This document shows positions 52,871 through 64,000 of a stretch of 64,000 bases of DNA, one piece after another. This DNA comes from Felis catus (lineage: Eukaryota). Position 1 is the first letter of the stretch. Each line of letters opens with the position of its first letter. The DNA is taken from assembly GCF_018350175.1 (NCBI RefSeq), contig NC_058368.1, forward strand, positions 99,574,001 to 99,638,000, read 5' to 3'. The notes under the pieces are model-generated. The model had not been told where the DNA came from. It did not search any database and saw only the letters and a list, made by a program, of their open reading frames with translations. The position numbers and the translations under genes are program-made.

Positions 52871-54692
52871 AGACAGCACTCTAGCAAAGGTAAAATATGA
52901 ACCATCTAAATTCAGAGAATTCTGTATTAGGATGGTGTGCTAATGACTTTAGTTATTATGTCTTCACATTCACAATATAAAAAGAGGCCAATTGTGACAT
53001 CAAAAACATAAGACCCAAATAGTATAAGCGTGGAAACTGTATAAATGAATAAAGATAAGATCTAGAGTCATACACATACAAACGGAGATCAAGCAAATCA
53101 CCATGGAAGACCACCATTTTGCAAAGGTGGACAGACACAATGAGAGTAAGAAACCCATGAAGTACAAAACAACCAGAAAACAGACAGTAAGATGGCAATA
53201 GTTAGTCCTTACATATTAGTGATCACTCTCAAGATAAATGGATTGGATTTAATCAAAAGTCACTGAGTGGCTGAATGGGTTAAAAAAAGAAAAAAGACCC
53301 AACCATATATTGCTTTTAGGAAACTCATTAGGTATAAAGTACACAGAGGATATTCCCAAAGAAAGCAGGTGTAGCTCTACTTACCTCAGGCAAAACAGAT
53401 TTCAAGCCAAACACTTATCAAGAGGTCATTATGTAATAACAGTAAATGGTTCAATGCATCCAGAAGATACAATAATGGTGAATATATATTTTGGAGGCCC
53501 CAAATAGACAACAAAATAATAGAAGATTTCAGTACCCAACTGCCAACAATGGAAAGGTCATCTAGTCAGAAAACCAACAAGGCAATATTGGAATTGAACT
53601 GTGCTTTAGACCAGATGGACTTAGCCTTATATAAAGCATTCCATCCAACAGGAGAATCCACATTCTTGTTAAGTGAGCACAGAACATTTTTCAAGATAGG
53701 TCATATGACAGGGCACAGAACACATGTCAGGATATTTAAAATTGAAATCATACCACCTATGTTTGCAACAACAAGAGGCGACTTGGATGATATACAAATT
53801 AGGGGAAACAAAGAATATAGTTCTGAACAATCAGTGGGTAAAAGAAAAAGTCAAAAGGGGAAAATTTCAAAATAAATAAAAATATAAACACAGCATATCA
53901 AACATTAAGGGAAGCAGCAAAAACAGTCCTGAAAAGGAAGTTTATCAAACTATATAACCCACCTATAAAAAGACAACAAGTTATGCCCAAGGTAGCAGAA
54001 AGACAGAAATAATGTAAATAAAAATCAGACAACTAATAACTTGATCCATTCTTGTCTTTCAAAAAGATAAAATTGGTAAACCTGTAGCCAGAGAAGACTC
54101 AAAATCAGAAATTAAAAAGGAGACTTTACAACAGATACTACAGAAATACATAGCATATAAAATTGTTCACAATAGTCTCTTAAGGTCCTAACAAGTTAGA
54201 CAACCTACAAGAAATGAATAAATTTCTAGAAATACACGAGCTAGCAACACTGCTACCAAGAAATAGAGAATATGAACAGATCACTACTATGCAAGATGAA
54301 AAAAAAACAAAAAACAAAAAATCAGCAGTCAAAAACCTCCCAACACAGAACATCCCAGGATCAGATGGATTTATTAGTGAATTCTACCAAACATTAAAAG
54401 AAAAGTTAAATCCAATCCTTGTCAAACTCTTTGAAAGAATTAAGAAAATACATCCAAACCTATTTTATAAATCCAACATGACCGTGATACCAGGTAAGGG
54501 CACTAGAAGAAAAGTATAGACCAATATTCCTAGTGAATATAGATGGAACAATTCTGAACAAAGTATTAGCAATGCAAATTAAAAAACATACCAAAAGGAT
54601 TATAGACCAAGACCAAGTAGAATTTATCCCTAGGATGCAAGGATATTTTAACATAGACAAATTAATATAATATATTAACAAAATTAAAGATG

Positions 54693-54895
54693 GGGCACCT
54701 GGGTGTCTCAGTTGGTTAAGCTTCAGACTTCAGCTCAGGTGACAAGCTCGTGGTTCACAGGTTTGAGCCCTGCATTGAGCTCTGTGCTGACAGCTCAGAG
54801 CCTGGAACCTGCTTTGGATTCTGTCTCCCTCTCTCTCTGCCCCTCCCCTGCTCATATTCTGTCTCTAACAAAAATAAAATAAATATTAAAAAAAT
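54693..54895 (+). mobile_element. CAN-SINE
   Basis: SINEC; TSD ttaaagat. Confidence 0.93.
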
Positions 54896-55469
54896 TTTAA
54901 AGATAAAATTCCTATGATCATTTCAATAGCTGCAAAAGAAAAACTGGCCCTATACAACATCTTTTCATGGTGAAAACACAGCATTTTGAATATAGAAAGA
55001 ATATACATAAACAAAATACTGAAAACTTTTCCTCCAAAATCAGGAGCAAGACAAGGATGCCCCACTCTCACCACTCTTATTCAATATAGTACTGGAAGTT
55101 CTAGCTACAGCCACTAAGCAAGACAAAGAAACAAAAGGCATACAAATCAGGGAGAAGGAATTAAAACTCACTACTTGCAGATGAGGTGATTTTTATATAT
55201 AGAAAATACAGAAGACTCAACCAAAACAACTGGTGGAATTAAGCAATGAATTCAATTAAGTTGCAAGATAAAAAAAATTAACAGATGCCAATTAGTTGCA
55301 TTTCTATATACTAAGGACAAAACATCTGAAAAAGAAATAAAAACTATTCCATTCCTAACAGAATCCAAAACAGTCAATACTAGACTTACTGAAATTGTTT
55401 TACACCTGAAGCTAATGTCATTACGTCAGTTATATCTCAACTAAAAATATGTAATCAAACAAAAGGACA

Positions 55470-58400
55470 TTAAAATACATGCAGCAAATCCTGACCTAAC
55501 TGAAAGGATCAATAGACACGTCACTATTTTTGAAATGAGACTTACATACCTCATTTTCAATAACGTATCGAATAAATAGGTATTAGAACAGCAGGTAGGT
55601 AAAACTCTTGAACAACCCTATAAACCAAGTTGACCTAACGTCAATTTAATATTTCACCCAACAGCAGAATATGCTTTTCAAGGGTACATGGAACATTGTT
55701 TATATCATCCGTTATGTTATAACAAAATCCTCAATAAATTCAAAAGAAATGAAATCACACAAGGGATAGTCTCTAACCACAGTGGAATAAAATTAGAAAT
55801 TATAGTAAAAAATTGGGGGGATGGGGCACCTGGGAGGCTCAGTCAGTTGAGCATCTGACTCTTGATTTCGCCTCAGTTCATGATCTCACCATTAGCAAGA
55901 CTGAGCCCTGGATCAGGCTTCCCACTGAGTTTGGAGCCTGCTTGAGATCCTCACTCTCTCAAAAAGCAAAAATAATAAAAAAATTGAAAACCCTTTAAAT
56001 ATATGGAAATGAAACATTTATAAATAGTATGTCAGAGGATGAAGTAAAAGGAAATCAGGGGGAAAAAACTGAGATGACAACAAAAACACAACCTACTGAA
56101 ACTTACCAGATGCAGTGAAGTAAGTTTTAAGGGAAAATTTAAAGCTGTAAATTTTTTGAAAAAAAAATAAAATTGAAAACAAATACTCTAAATCCCCACC
56201 TTGAGAAGCTATCAAAGAAGGAAATAAGAAGATTAGAAGGTAAATTAATTAAATAGACTAGGGAAGCAATACAGAAAAATCAGTATAATAAAGTTGACAA
56301 AACTTAAATATTCCAATGCAAACAAGACTCAAATTGCTAAAATAAACAGAGACCATCATTAGACCTTATGGAAATAAAAGGGACAACAAAGAAAGAGCAT
56401 AAACAACTCTATGTCAAAAAATGGGATTACTTAGATGAAATGGACAAATTGCAAAAGATACAAGTTACCAATAGTATTCAATAAGAAATTATTTGAATAG
56501 GCCTATAATATGCAAAGAAATTGAATTACTAATAAAAATCTAACAAAAGAGCAGAATTAGTTGGCTTCAATGATGAGTTCTACCAACTATTTAGTAAAGA
56601 GTCTATACCAATTCTTCAAAAATATTTTAAGTTGATTTATTTATAACACAAAACCATTTAATGGCCTGAAATATCACAGCCAAAATTCAAAAGATGGATT
56701 ATTGCCTGAGGGTTGATACCTCCCAGCTCCTTTTATTAAGTCACTATCACTTTGATGCCAAAATTAGACAAAGATATCCCAAGTAAAGAAAAACACAAAC
56801 ATCCCTTATGAATTTAGATGCAGAAATTCTTATAAAAACTAGCAAATTGAATTCAGCAACTGATGAAAAAAGTTATACATCATGACCAGGTGGGATTCAG
56901 CCCCACAACATGGGGTTGCTTTAACATCTGAAAATCAGTCAAATGATCACAGTGTAAAACTAAAGAACAATAATCACATCATCATCCTTACAGATGTAGA
57001 CTAACACCCTTTCCTGATAAAAACCTCAACAAATAGAATAAAACTTTCTCAACTCGATAAAGAGCATCCATAAGTAATCCTCAGCTAGTATCATACTTAA
57101 GAATAAATGGATGTTTTCCTTCTATTATCAGGAACAAGCCCACCCTTATGAGTTCTATATATAGAACATCCCAGGAAATCAACTAAAACACTGATTAGAA
57201 TAAACTAGTGTAACAATGTGGCAGGATAAATGATCGATATGTAAAAATCAATTGCACTTTATACATTAGTAAAAGAGATGCCTAATTTGTACACTGAAGA
57301 CTATAAAATACTGAATAATACTAAACGAGATCCAAACAAGACACATCTCATGTACATGGACTCGAACATTTTAAAATGGTAATAACCCCCAAAATGATCT
57401 AAAGATTCAACATAATTCCTATCAAAAATCCCAGCTCTTTCTCTTTTGTTCATAAATTGACAATTTAGTCCTAGAATGGCTATGGAAGTAAACAGAACAG
57501 TCTTAGAAAAGAAAGGTGGGAAACACAATTTCCAATTTCAAAGCTCCAGTAACTGAGACACTGTGGGAGTGATAAAAGTATAGGGCTACATACCAATGAA
57601 ATAAAAACAAACATTCAGAAATACACTCACATTTATCAATGATTTTTAATCAATGTACCTAGAAAGTTCAGCGGGGAAGGAATTATCTTGTCAACACACA
57701 GTGCTGAGACAACTAGATACCCACATGTGTAGAATGGATTTGGGCCTCTACCTCACACCTTGCACAAAACTCAAAATAGATCATAAGCTTTAATGTAAGA
57801 ATCAAAACTATAAAGCTGCTTACAGAAAAAAAAATAGGAGTAAGTCATAACGGCCTTGTATTATGCCATATTTTTTTTTAGATATGACACCAAAAGTACA
57901 ATCATTAGAAGAAAAAAACACATTCACCAAAATGTAACCTTTTGTGCTTCAAAGGATTCCAATGAGAAAATGAAAACAAGCCTAAAAATGGGAGAAGACA
58001 TGTTCAAATCACCTATTTGTTAGGGACTGGTTTCCAGAATATATAAAAGTTTTTACCATCAGCAATAAAAAGTCAACCCAATTACCAAGAGCACACTGTA
58101 TACACTGTATGTTAGCCAACTTGACAATAAATTATTTAAAAAAAAAAGACAAATAACCCAACTATAAACTGAATGAGGGATTTGAATAGACATTCCTCCA
58201 GAACACATATGCAAATGGTCAGTAAGCACATGAAATGATGCTCAGCCCTACTAGTCATTATGGAAGTGCAAACCACATCTACACGGAGATTCCACTTTAC
58301 ACTGTAGGATATTTAAACCCAAAATACAGATAATAACAAGTGGTGGGGAGGATGTTCAGAATTTGGACAGTTCATACATTGCTCGTGAGAATGTAAAATG

Positions 58401-58745
58401 GTACAGCCACTTTGTAAAACCTTCTAGCAGTTGCTCAAAGTGTTACATATATTTATGACACAGCAATGCCATTCGAGCAAGTTACATATGCAAGAAAAAT
58501 AGAAAATGTCCACTGTACATGAGTGTCCCTAGCAACATTATTCCTAATACCACAAAAGTAAAAATAGCCTAAATGTTCATCAACTGATAAATGAGTAGAC
58601 AAAATGGTACAGATTCAGAAGGATATGGGACAGGAATGTGGAATGACTCCTAATGTGTACAGGCATTTTTTTTCCTTGAGATGTTGAACATGTTCTAAAA
58701 TTACATAGTAGTGACAGTGGTATAAATCCATAAATATAAAAATGA
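55470..58745 (+). mobile_element. Older L1 (L1MC/L1MD-like) ORF2 and 3' UTR, with a CAN-SINE (55823-55985) and a young L1 3' tip (~58103-58148)
   Basis: Degenerate ORF2 through the 3' UTR (tgttctaaaattacatagtagtgacagt). Confidence 0.85.
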
Positions 58746-58769
58746 ATAAAAGAATGAATGAAAGAGACT

Positions 58770-58971
58770 TTTCTTCTAACTTTATCAATGAGATTCAGCT
58801 CTCCTATCTTCAGGCCTAGAGATGGTAAAGGCTAGCCCAAAGTTACTGCTATGCTTTGCTGTTACCTTATTAAGCCATCTTAGTAAATCATCATTTTATA
58901 AATCAATATTCATTAAATTATCCAGGTTTTATAACACCTTCGATTTTTCTTTTGGATTCCCAAATGATACA
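58770..58971 (+). mobile_element. Old ERVL-type LTR 3' fragment
   Basis: Ends ..attaaattatccagg..ttttcttttggattcccaaatgataca, a typical LTR terminus; it truncates the Gypsy-like pseudogene. Confidence 0.55.
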
Positions 58972-58974
58972 CAG

Positions 58975-61620
58975 TACTGTGATCTATGAAGGGGAGGGTG
59001 GAACAACACAAGTTTGTATTCACCACATTAGGACCAAGAAGTCAAGGCTTTCCTGAGAACTAAGACACAAAAGGATATTTTCCTGAGTTTGTTGAAACTA
59101 CGTCATGTAAGGGGCACCTGGGTTGCTCAGTGAGTTGGGCTTCCGACTCTTGATTTCAGCTCAGGTCATGATGTCATGATTCATGGTAGCGAGCCCCTCT
59201 GTCAGCTCTGCACTCACAGCACAGAGCCTGCTTAGGATTTTCTCTGTCCCTCCCGCTCCTTCTCTGTCCCTCTCTCCCATTCATATTCTCTCTATACAAA
59301 ATTAAAATGGGTAAGGAAAAAAAAAAAACTACATGAAGTGGCTTTCTCAGTTGATAGATTTATTGGTACCACATTTCATTTAATTCTATTGTCTCGTATC
59401 TGTTCTACCAATCTGCATTAGGTAATCAGAACTTCAACCTGAACATTATTATTGCTAGTGTGGCCAATGTAAAGAATATAAAAGGCATGGTACCTTACCA
59501 GTTATGGTACATGGTATAGACAATAAACAAATACAGGAAGACCCATGTTTCCCGAGACAGAGAGGGATTTCTTGGGATTGAACAGTTACTGCTTGTGTCA
59601 ACAACTCCCAGAGATAGTATGTCTCCATATCTTATAAAGATGAATATCTCTGTTGTGTGGCTACTAGACTATTTTACCTTCGTGGGAATTAGACTTTTAA
59701 ATGCCACATCAGAGCCAAGATTAATTGTTCATGGAGCTATTGAGCATTCAAAATTTATGACCTTCCCAATTCCCTTAAAAGAATTTGTTTCTTTACAAAT
59801 CGTAAGAGACCAAACCTTTCCTGGTGGATTAAATGATAACTCATGGAACGTACTCCTGTGTATAATAATCCCATCCATACTAGCTGGAACACTCAAAGGG
59901 ATAATAAAAAATTTGTTCCCCATTTGGGCCAGCAATGGTAATGATAAATTCCATTCTCTTGGGGCATAACAAACAAGTTTATATTTATCAGCCAGTCTTA
60001 TAAAAAAATAACAGAATAGCATTGATTGCCTTTGGCCCATGGGTGGGGGCATCTATGCCAATGCTAATACTCCATGCTAAAAGAAAATTCAATCTGGCTA
60101 GGTCCTGCAACACGAATATTGATTACAGAGTACTAAGTACTTCTTTGCATTCACTGTCCTCACAGGTGATTCAAGCTTCAGGTTAATCAGCATTGAAAGT
60201 GAAAATGAGAACTACCCAAGTGACTTTATCTTCAAGCAATTTGGCAAGAGTGGTGGACTTGTGACAACCCTTGAAGCACTCTCCTGGGTTGACTTAGCAC
60301 TGAAAACAAAAAGAAGTTCCCATACTTCCAGGAAATGGCTGACTGTTTTAGAGCCATAGTAAAAAGTAGCCATCAGAACCAGTTTCAACCTGATTCAATA
60401 ATAAATGACAGCTCTCTACAGCCTTGGGAACAAGTACTTTGAGAACTGGATTTTAACAGCTAAACTTATCCTAGTGCATAAACCATAGGAAGTTCCTTGC
60501 AATGATAGTTCCTTACTTCTAATTTTGGCCAATCAAAGAAGAACTCACTCCAGTGCACAGCCAGCTTCATGAGCATGTGATTAATAAAGGACTTTGCCCT
60601 CTGAAAAGGTCCAGTGCATGGCATTTAGTGATCTATGGTTATTATCTTAGAATTATTAATTTTATCCTTAAATGTGTATTCTATAAATGAAGTCCATTGG
60701 ATCAATGAAGCATAAGTTAGCAGCTTGGATCCTTGGCTCATGTGCAACCCCACTACTCACCACCACTCTGCATTCTTAGGGCAGATGGTAGCTGAGAACC
60801 TTCCTAATCCCATTCGACCACCATTGCCAATTTCAGCCTCCCTAATGAGGGCCTCGGGATTGTTAGGAATTGGGTCCAAATACTAGGCCTAAGATTCCTA
60901 TAAGGGTCTATGTTTAGGCTTTCCTATAAAATGTGACATTAGATGGCAAAACAAAAATGCCATGACAGATCACCAGACAGACCACGGAAGAAAGGAAAAT
61001 GGGGTATCCCCCCCTGCTTTTTGAAAAAAAGGATATCACATTTTAATGTTGGAATGGGCTTTTAAAGTATGGAGCTGGTTCTGTTCCAATGAATCCATTT
61101 CTCAATGCCAACCAATGAGCAGCCCTGTGCTTCTACCAATGACATCAACTCATTGATGTCAATGAAAGCCAGCCAATCCCTGAAACACTGTACTCCAGAA
61201 AATCCTTTCATAAAATCAGCAATCTGCTCATCTGTGAGTAATTATGCCTGGAAAACATAACTTCTTATATACGTTTCAAAAAAATGCAGTTTGGTGGGCT
61301 TCTGGATGTCTGTTATCTCCAGTATTGTGCAATGGTCTCCTAATTTGACAGAACCAACATTTTGCTATACGAGGATGCCAGAGATCTGGTATATTTCCAG
61401 TTCTTTGACACTGAAAAGAATTTTTTGAAACAGAGGGTTGTTAGAATTGGTAAGATGTGCTAAAAAATACCATTGATAGTCTTCTCAAAAATATTTTTCC
61501 CCTATATACCAGGAAAAAACTTTATCGCTGAATTCAAGAATTTGGCTTTCATAACATTATCATTCCCGGTTCAGAAGGCAAACTAAGAAAAACTTTTCCA
61601 ACCTGATTACACTATGTAAT
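58975..61620 (-). pseudogene. Decayed Ty3/Gypsy (Sushi-type, PEG10/RTL1-like) gag-protease-RT sequence
   Basis: Manual minus-strand translation gives collinear domains. Gag CA-like: LEKFFLVCLL..DKVFSWYIG..DYQW..NNPLFQ..VKELE..ETYIRSYVFQA*LLTDEQIADFMKGFS..DINELM. Degenerate knuckle: FLFCHLMSHFIGKP. Protease-like: VVGLHM..SFIE..ITIDH*MPCTGP..VHWSEFFFDW..VYALG. RT-like: SISIGIDAPTHGP..FFIRLADKYKLVCYAPREWN..LPLL..SFNPPG..FECSIAP..FIFIRYGDIL..LFI..IIM..K..ADW. About 23 stops and 3-4 frameshifts counted by eye, plus a SINE insertion. Confidence 0.85.
59111..59328 (+). mobile_element. CAN-SINE inserted in the RT region of the Gypsy-like pseudogene
   Basis: SINEC head, CT tract and poly-A; imperfect TSD aaactacgtcatgt / aaactacatgaagt. 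Confidence 0.93.
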
Positions 61621-62763
61621 TGCCAAACAGCAAGTGTTTAATAAGTATTCAATTGAATAAATTCATTTATTCAAGAACACATTAATGAATCATTGATTGC
61701 TCCTCACAACTCCTAGTTGAAATCACATTTGAAATGGAAGCAAATGGAATGCAAAGTCTAGAAAACCAAAAATTTTAAATCCCAGCACTGTGGTACAAGT
61801 AAAATAAAAATGTACTGGAGGTTTCTAAATGTAAATATATATTAAAGACTCTAGACCAAACAGGAAGTATCATAAAAGCAAGAAATATATAAGAGAAAGC
61901 TTATCAATAGGACTGATTAGAAATTTAAGACAAAGTCAAGAAAGTAATAGAATTATGGCCCAAATTTAACATCTACATTATCAGCTTGAGCTTACTGTAA
62001 ATCAGTAAAAAAAAAATAGTATCCAGAAATGTATTTTCACATGCATACTATAAATTTATATATAATGGTTTGAGAGGAATAATAAAGCAAATGTTTAGAT
62101 GATATTGCATATAAATCCAACTTGTATTATTTATTATCTCTTCCCATACTATGATGTCAAAATAAATTGGTAATAAATGTGTAAATTTATTTTGCCCTAC
62201 CATTAATATACAAAATATTGAGATATTTATTATCCCCAAATTATGACATGAATCTGTTACTCTACACTTTCATTATTTTATTATTAACCAAATTCTCACT
62301 TTAATATAAAATTCAAGAGTGTCTAAAATAAAACTAGTTAGAATGGTATTAACCATTCTGTGTTGGTATTTTACTGCTATTTCTCATCTAATATTTTCAG
62401 TAATGAACTTGACTGTAAGACACTATTGCTGCTGTAAATGCATGGTCTGTTAGTTTAATACGCTTATTGTCATTGGCATTTATTTTTCCTAGTAGGGAGA
62501 GCATTTTAGCATATCATAAAATACAAATAAACGAAATAATAGAAATCATAGATTCTTTTGTTGTTTTGCAACTTTTTTGTTTTGCTGTGCTTAGATTTCG
62601 TTTATAGTTTGGTAAAATAAACAGAAAAGAAGAAAGCTGAGATCACTGATCATGTAATAGTATCATTTAATCCTACATATGCATATAAGTAGATGTCCTG
62701 TCTTTGGGAGTACATGTTAATCTACTCTTTGAAAAATACCGTTAAAATTAAAGAGATGTTCAT

Positions 62764-62930
62764 GGGATGCCTGGGTGTCTCAGTCGGTTAAGCGTCCCAC
62801 TTAGGCTCAGGTCATGATTTCACTCTGCTGTCAGTTCAGAGCCTAGAGCTTGAATTGGATTCTAGGTCTCCCTCTCTCTCTGACCCTCCCCCACTCATGC
62901 TCTTTCAAAAACTGAATAAATGTTAAAAAA
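62764..62930 (+). mobile_element. CAN-SINE (internally deleted)
   Basis: SINEC head and tail. Confidence 0.92.
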
Positions 62931-63628
62931 AAATGAACAAATCAGGAGACTATAGATGCTGGAGAGGATGTGGAGAAATGGGAACCCTCTTGCACTGTTG
63001 GTCAGAATGCAAATTGGTGCAGCCGCTCTGGAAAGCAGTGTGGAGGTTCCTCAGAAAATTAAAAATAGACCTACCCTATGACCCAGCAATAGCACTGCTA
63101 GGAATTTATCCAAGGGATACAGGAGTACTGATGCATAGGGCCACTTGTACGCCAATGTTTATAGCAGCACTCTCAACAATAGCCAAATTATGGAAAGAGC
63201 CTAAATGTCCATCAACTGATGAATGGATAAAGAAATTGTGGTTTATATACACAATGGAATACTACGTGGCAATGAGAAAAAATGAAATATGGCCTTTTGT
63301 AGCAACGTGGATGGAACTGGAGAGTGTGATGCTAAGTGAAATAAGCCATACAGAGAAAGACAGATACCCTATGTTTTCACTCTTATGTGGATCCTGAGAA
63401 ACTTAACAGAAACCCATGGGGGAGGGGAAGGAAAAAAAAAAAGAGGTTAGAGTGGGAGAGAGCCAAAGCATAAGAGACTCTTAAAAACTGAGAACAAACT
63501 GAGGGTTGATGGGGGGTGGGAGGGAGGGGAGGGTGGGTGATGGGTATTGAGGAGGGCACCTTTTGGGATGAGCACTGGGTGTTGTATGGAAACCAATTTG
63601 ACAATAAATTTCATATATTAAAAAAAAA
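62931..63628 (+). mobile_element. Young 5'-truncated felid L1 (intact ORF2 C-terminus and 3' UTR)
   Basis: The uninterrupted 154-aa [35 protein letters not shown].. is the L1 ORF2 cysteine-rich end; G-rich 3' UTR, aataaa and poly-A follow. Confidence 0.97.
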
Positions 63629-64000
63629 TAGGAGAAGTTCATATCATATTGAAGTGAATAAATGAACAAGAAAATAACTGCCAAGAGATCCTGGAAAGGA
63701 CCCAGTATTTTTCTTTTCACTTATGCAAAAGTAAAAAATAATATAAATGCAGAGTAAACAATCTTTTCATCATATAAAATATAAATAATTTTAATGTAAG
63801 AAATATGTTGTTTAACATACTATCTTATATATTCTGTATGGTTATTTTCATCCAAGGTCTAAGGTTGAGTTGTCTGAAATAAACATGGAACACCTTTTTT
63901 CTTCTTTTATGAAATCAAACTAAATATACACTTTGGCAGTTGTGTCTTGTGAAGGAGAGTACTTTCTAAGATATTTATGTACAACAAGAATGATAAAAAT

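Larger units (their letters stand above)
50590..55380 (+). mobile_element. L1 fossil with 5' UTR, ORF1 and ORF2 N-terminal/RT region
   Basis: ORF1 end motif caccaccactagacctgccttgcaagaa; endonuclease peptide TFFKIGHMTGHRT; KNLPTQNIPGSDGFISEFYQTLKE. Confidence 0.88.

Noticed and set aside
59358..60010. Plus-strand frame with only two stops (includes the 124-aa ORF 59595-59969), with patchy resemblance to bornavirus or filovirus nucleoprotein
   Set aside because: It shares third codon positions with the minus-strand RT frame, an arrangement that tends to stay open. The viral resemblances needed inconsistent gaps, while the RT alignment is collinear with exact spacing. A profile search of both frames would settle it.
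61140..61161. 9-bp hairpin tgacatcaa-ctca-ttgatgtca in the Gag-like region
   Set aside because: Too short for a miRNA precursor and plausible by chance in 64 kb.
60000..61250. Resemblance of the minus-strand peptide to the bornavirus L C-terminal region, or to the glycogen phosphorylase GNGGLGR motif
   Set aside because: Only short matches with incompatible spacing; the Gag-knuckle-protease-RT order explains the whole region better.
62933..63397. Longest ORF in the track (154 aa) as a host gene
   Set aside because: It is the C-terminus of L1 ORF2 in a 5'-truncated insertion.

Overview
AT-rich mammalian genomic DNA, almost certainly from a cat-family (Felidae) genome: it carries about 28 felid-type CAN-SINEs and young felid L1 3' ends. 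Most of the window is nested transposon fossils: L1 of several ages, a near full-length Tigger1, Tigger-derived MITEs, MIR, L2 and LTR fragments. I could not identify an intact protein-coding gene, and most ORF-track entries are repeat by-products. The main finding is a ~2.6 kb minus-strand pseudogene (~58975-61620). By manual translation it encodes, in order, a Ty3/Gypsy Sushi-type Gag capsid, a zinc knuckle, a protease and a reverse transcriptase. Its catalytic motifs are substituted, yet motif spacing is kept over long single frames. That pattern fits a domesticated PEG10/RTL1-like (RTL/SIRH/MART) gene that later died. The second finding is an L1 fossil split by a ~9 kb Tigger1-unique DNA-Tigger1 block that carries exon-like segments with stop codons. 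All family assignments come from by-eye comparison with remembered consensus sequences. No database search was run, and repeat boundaries are approximate.
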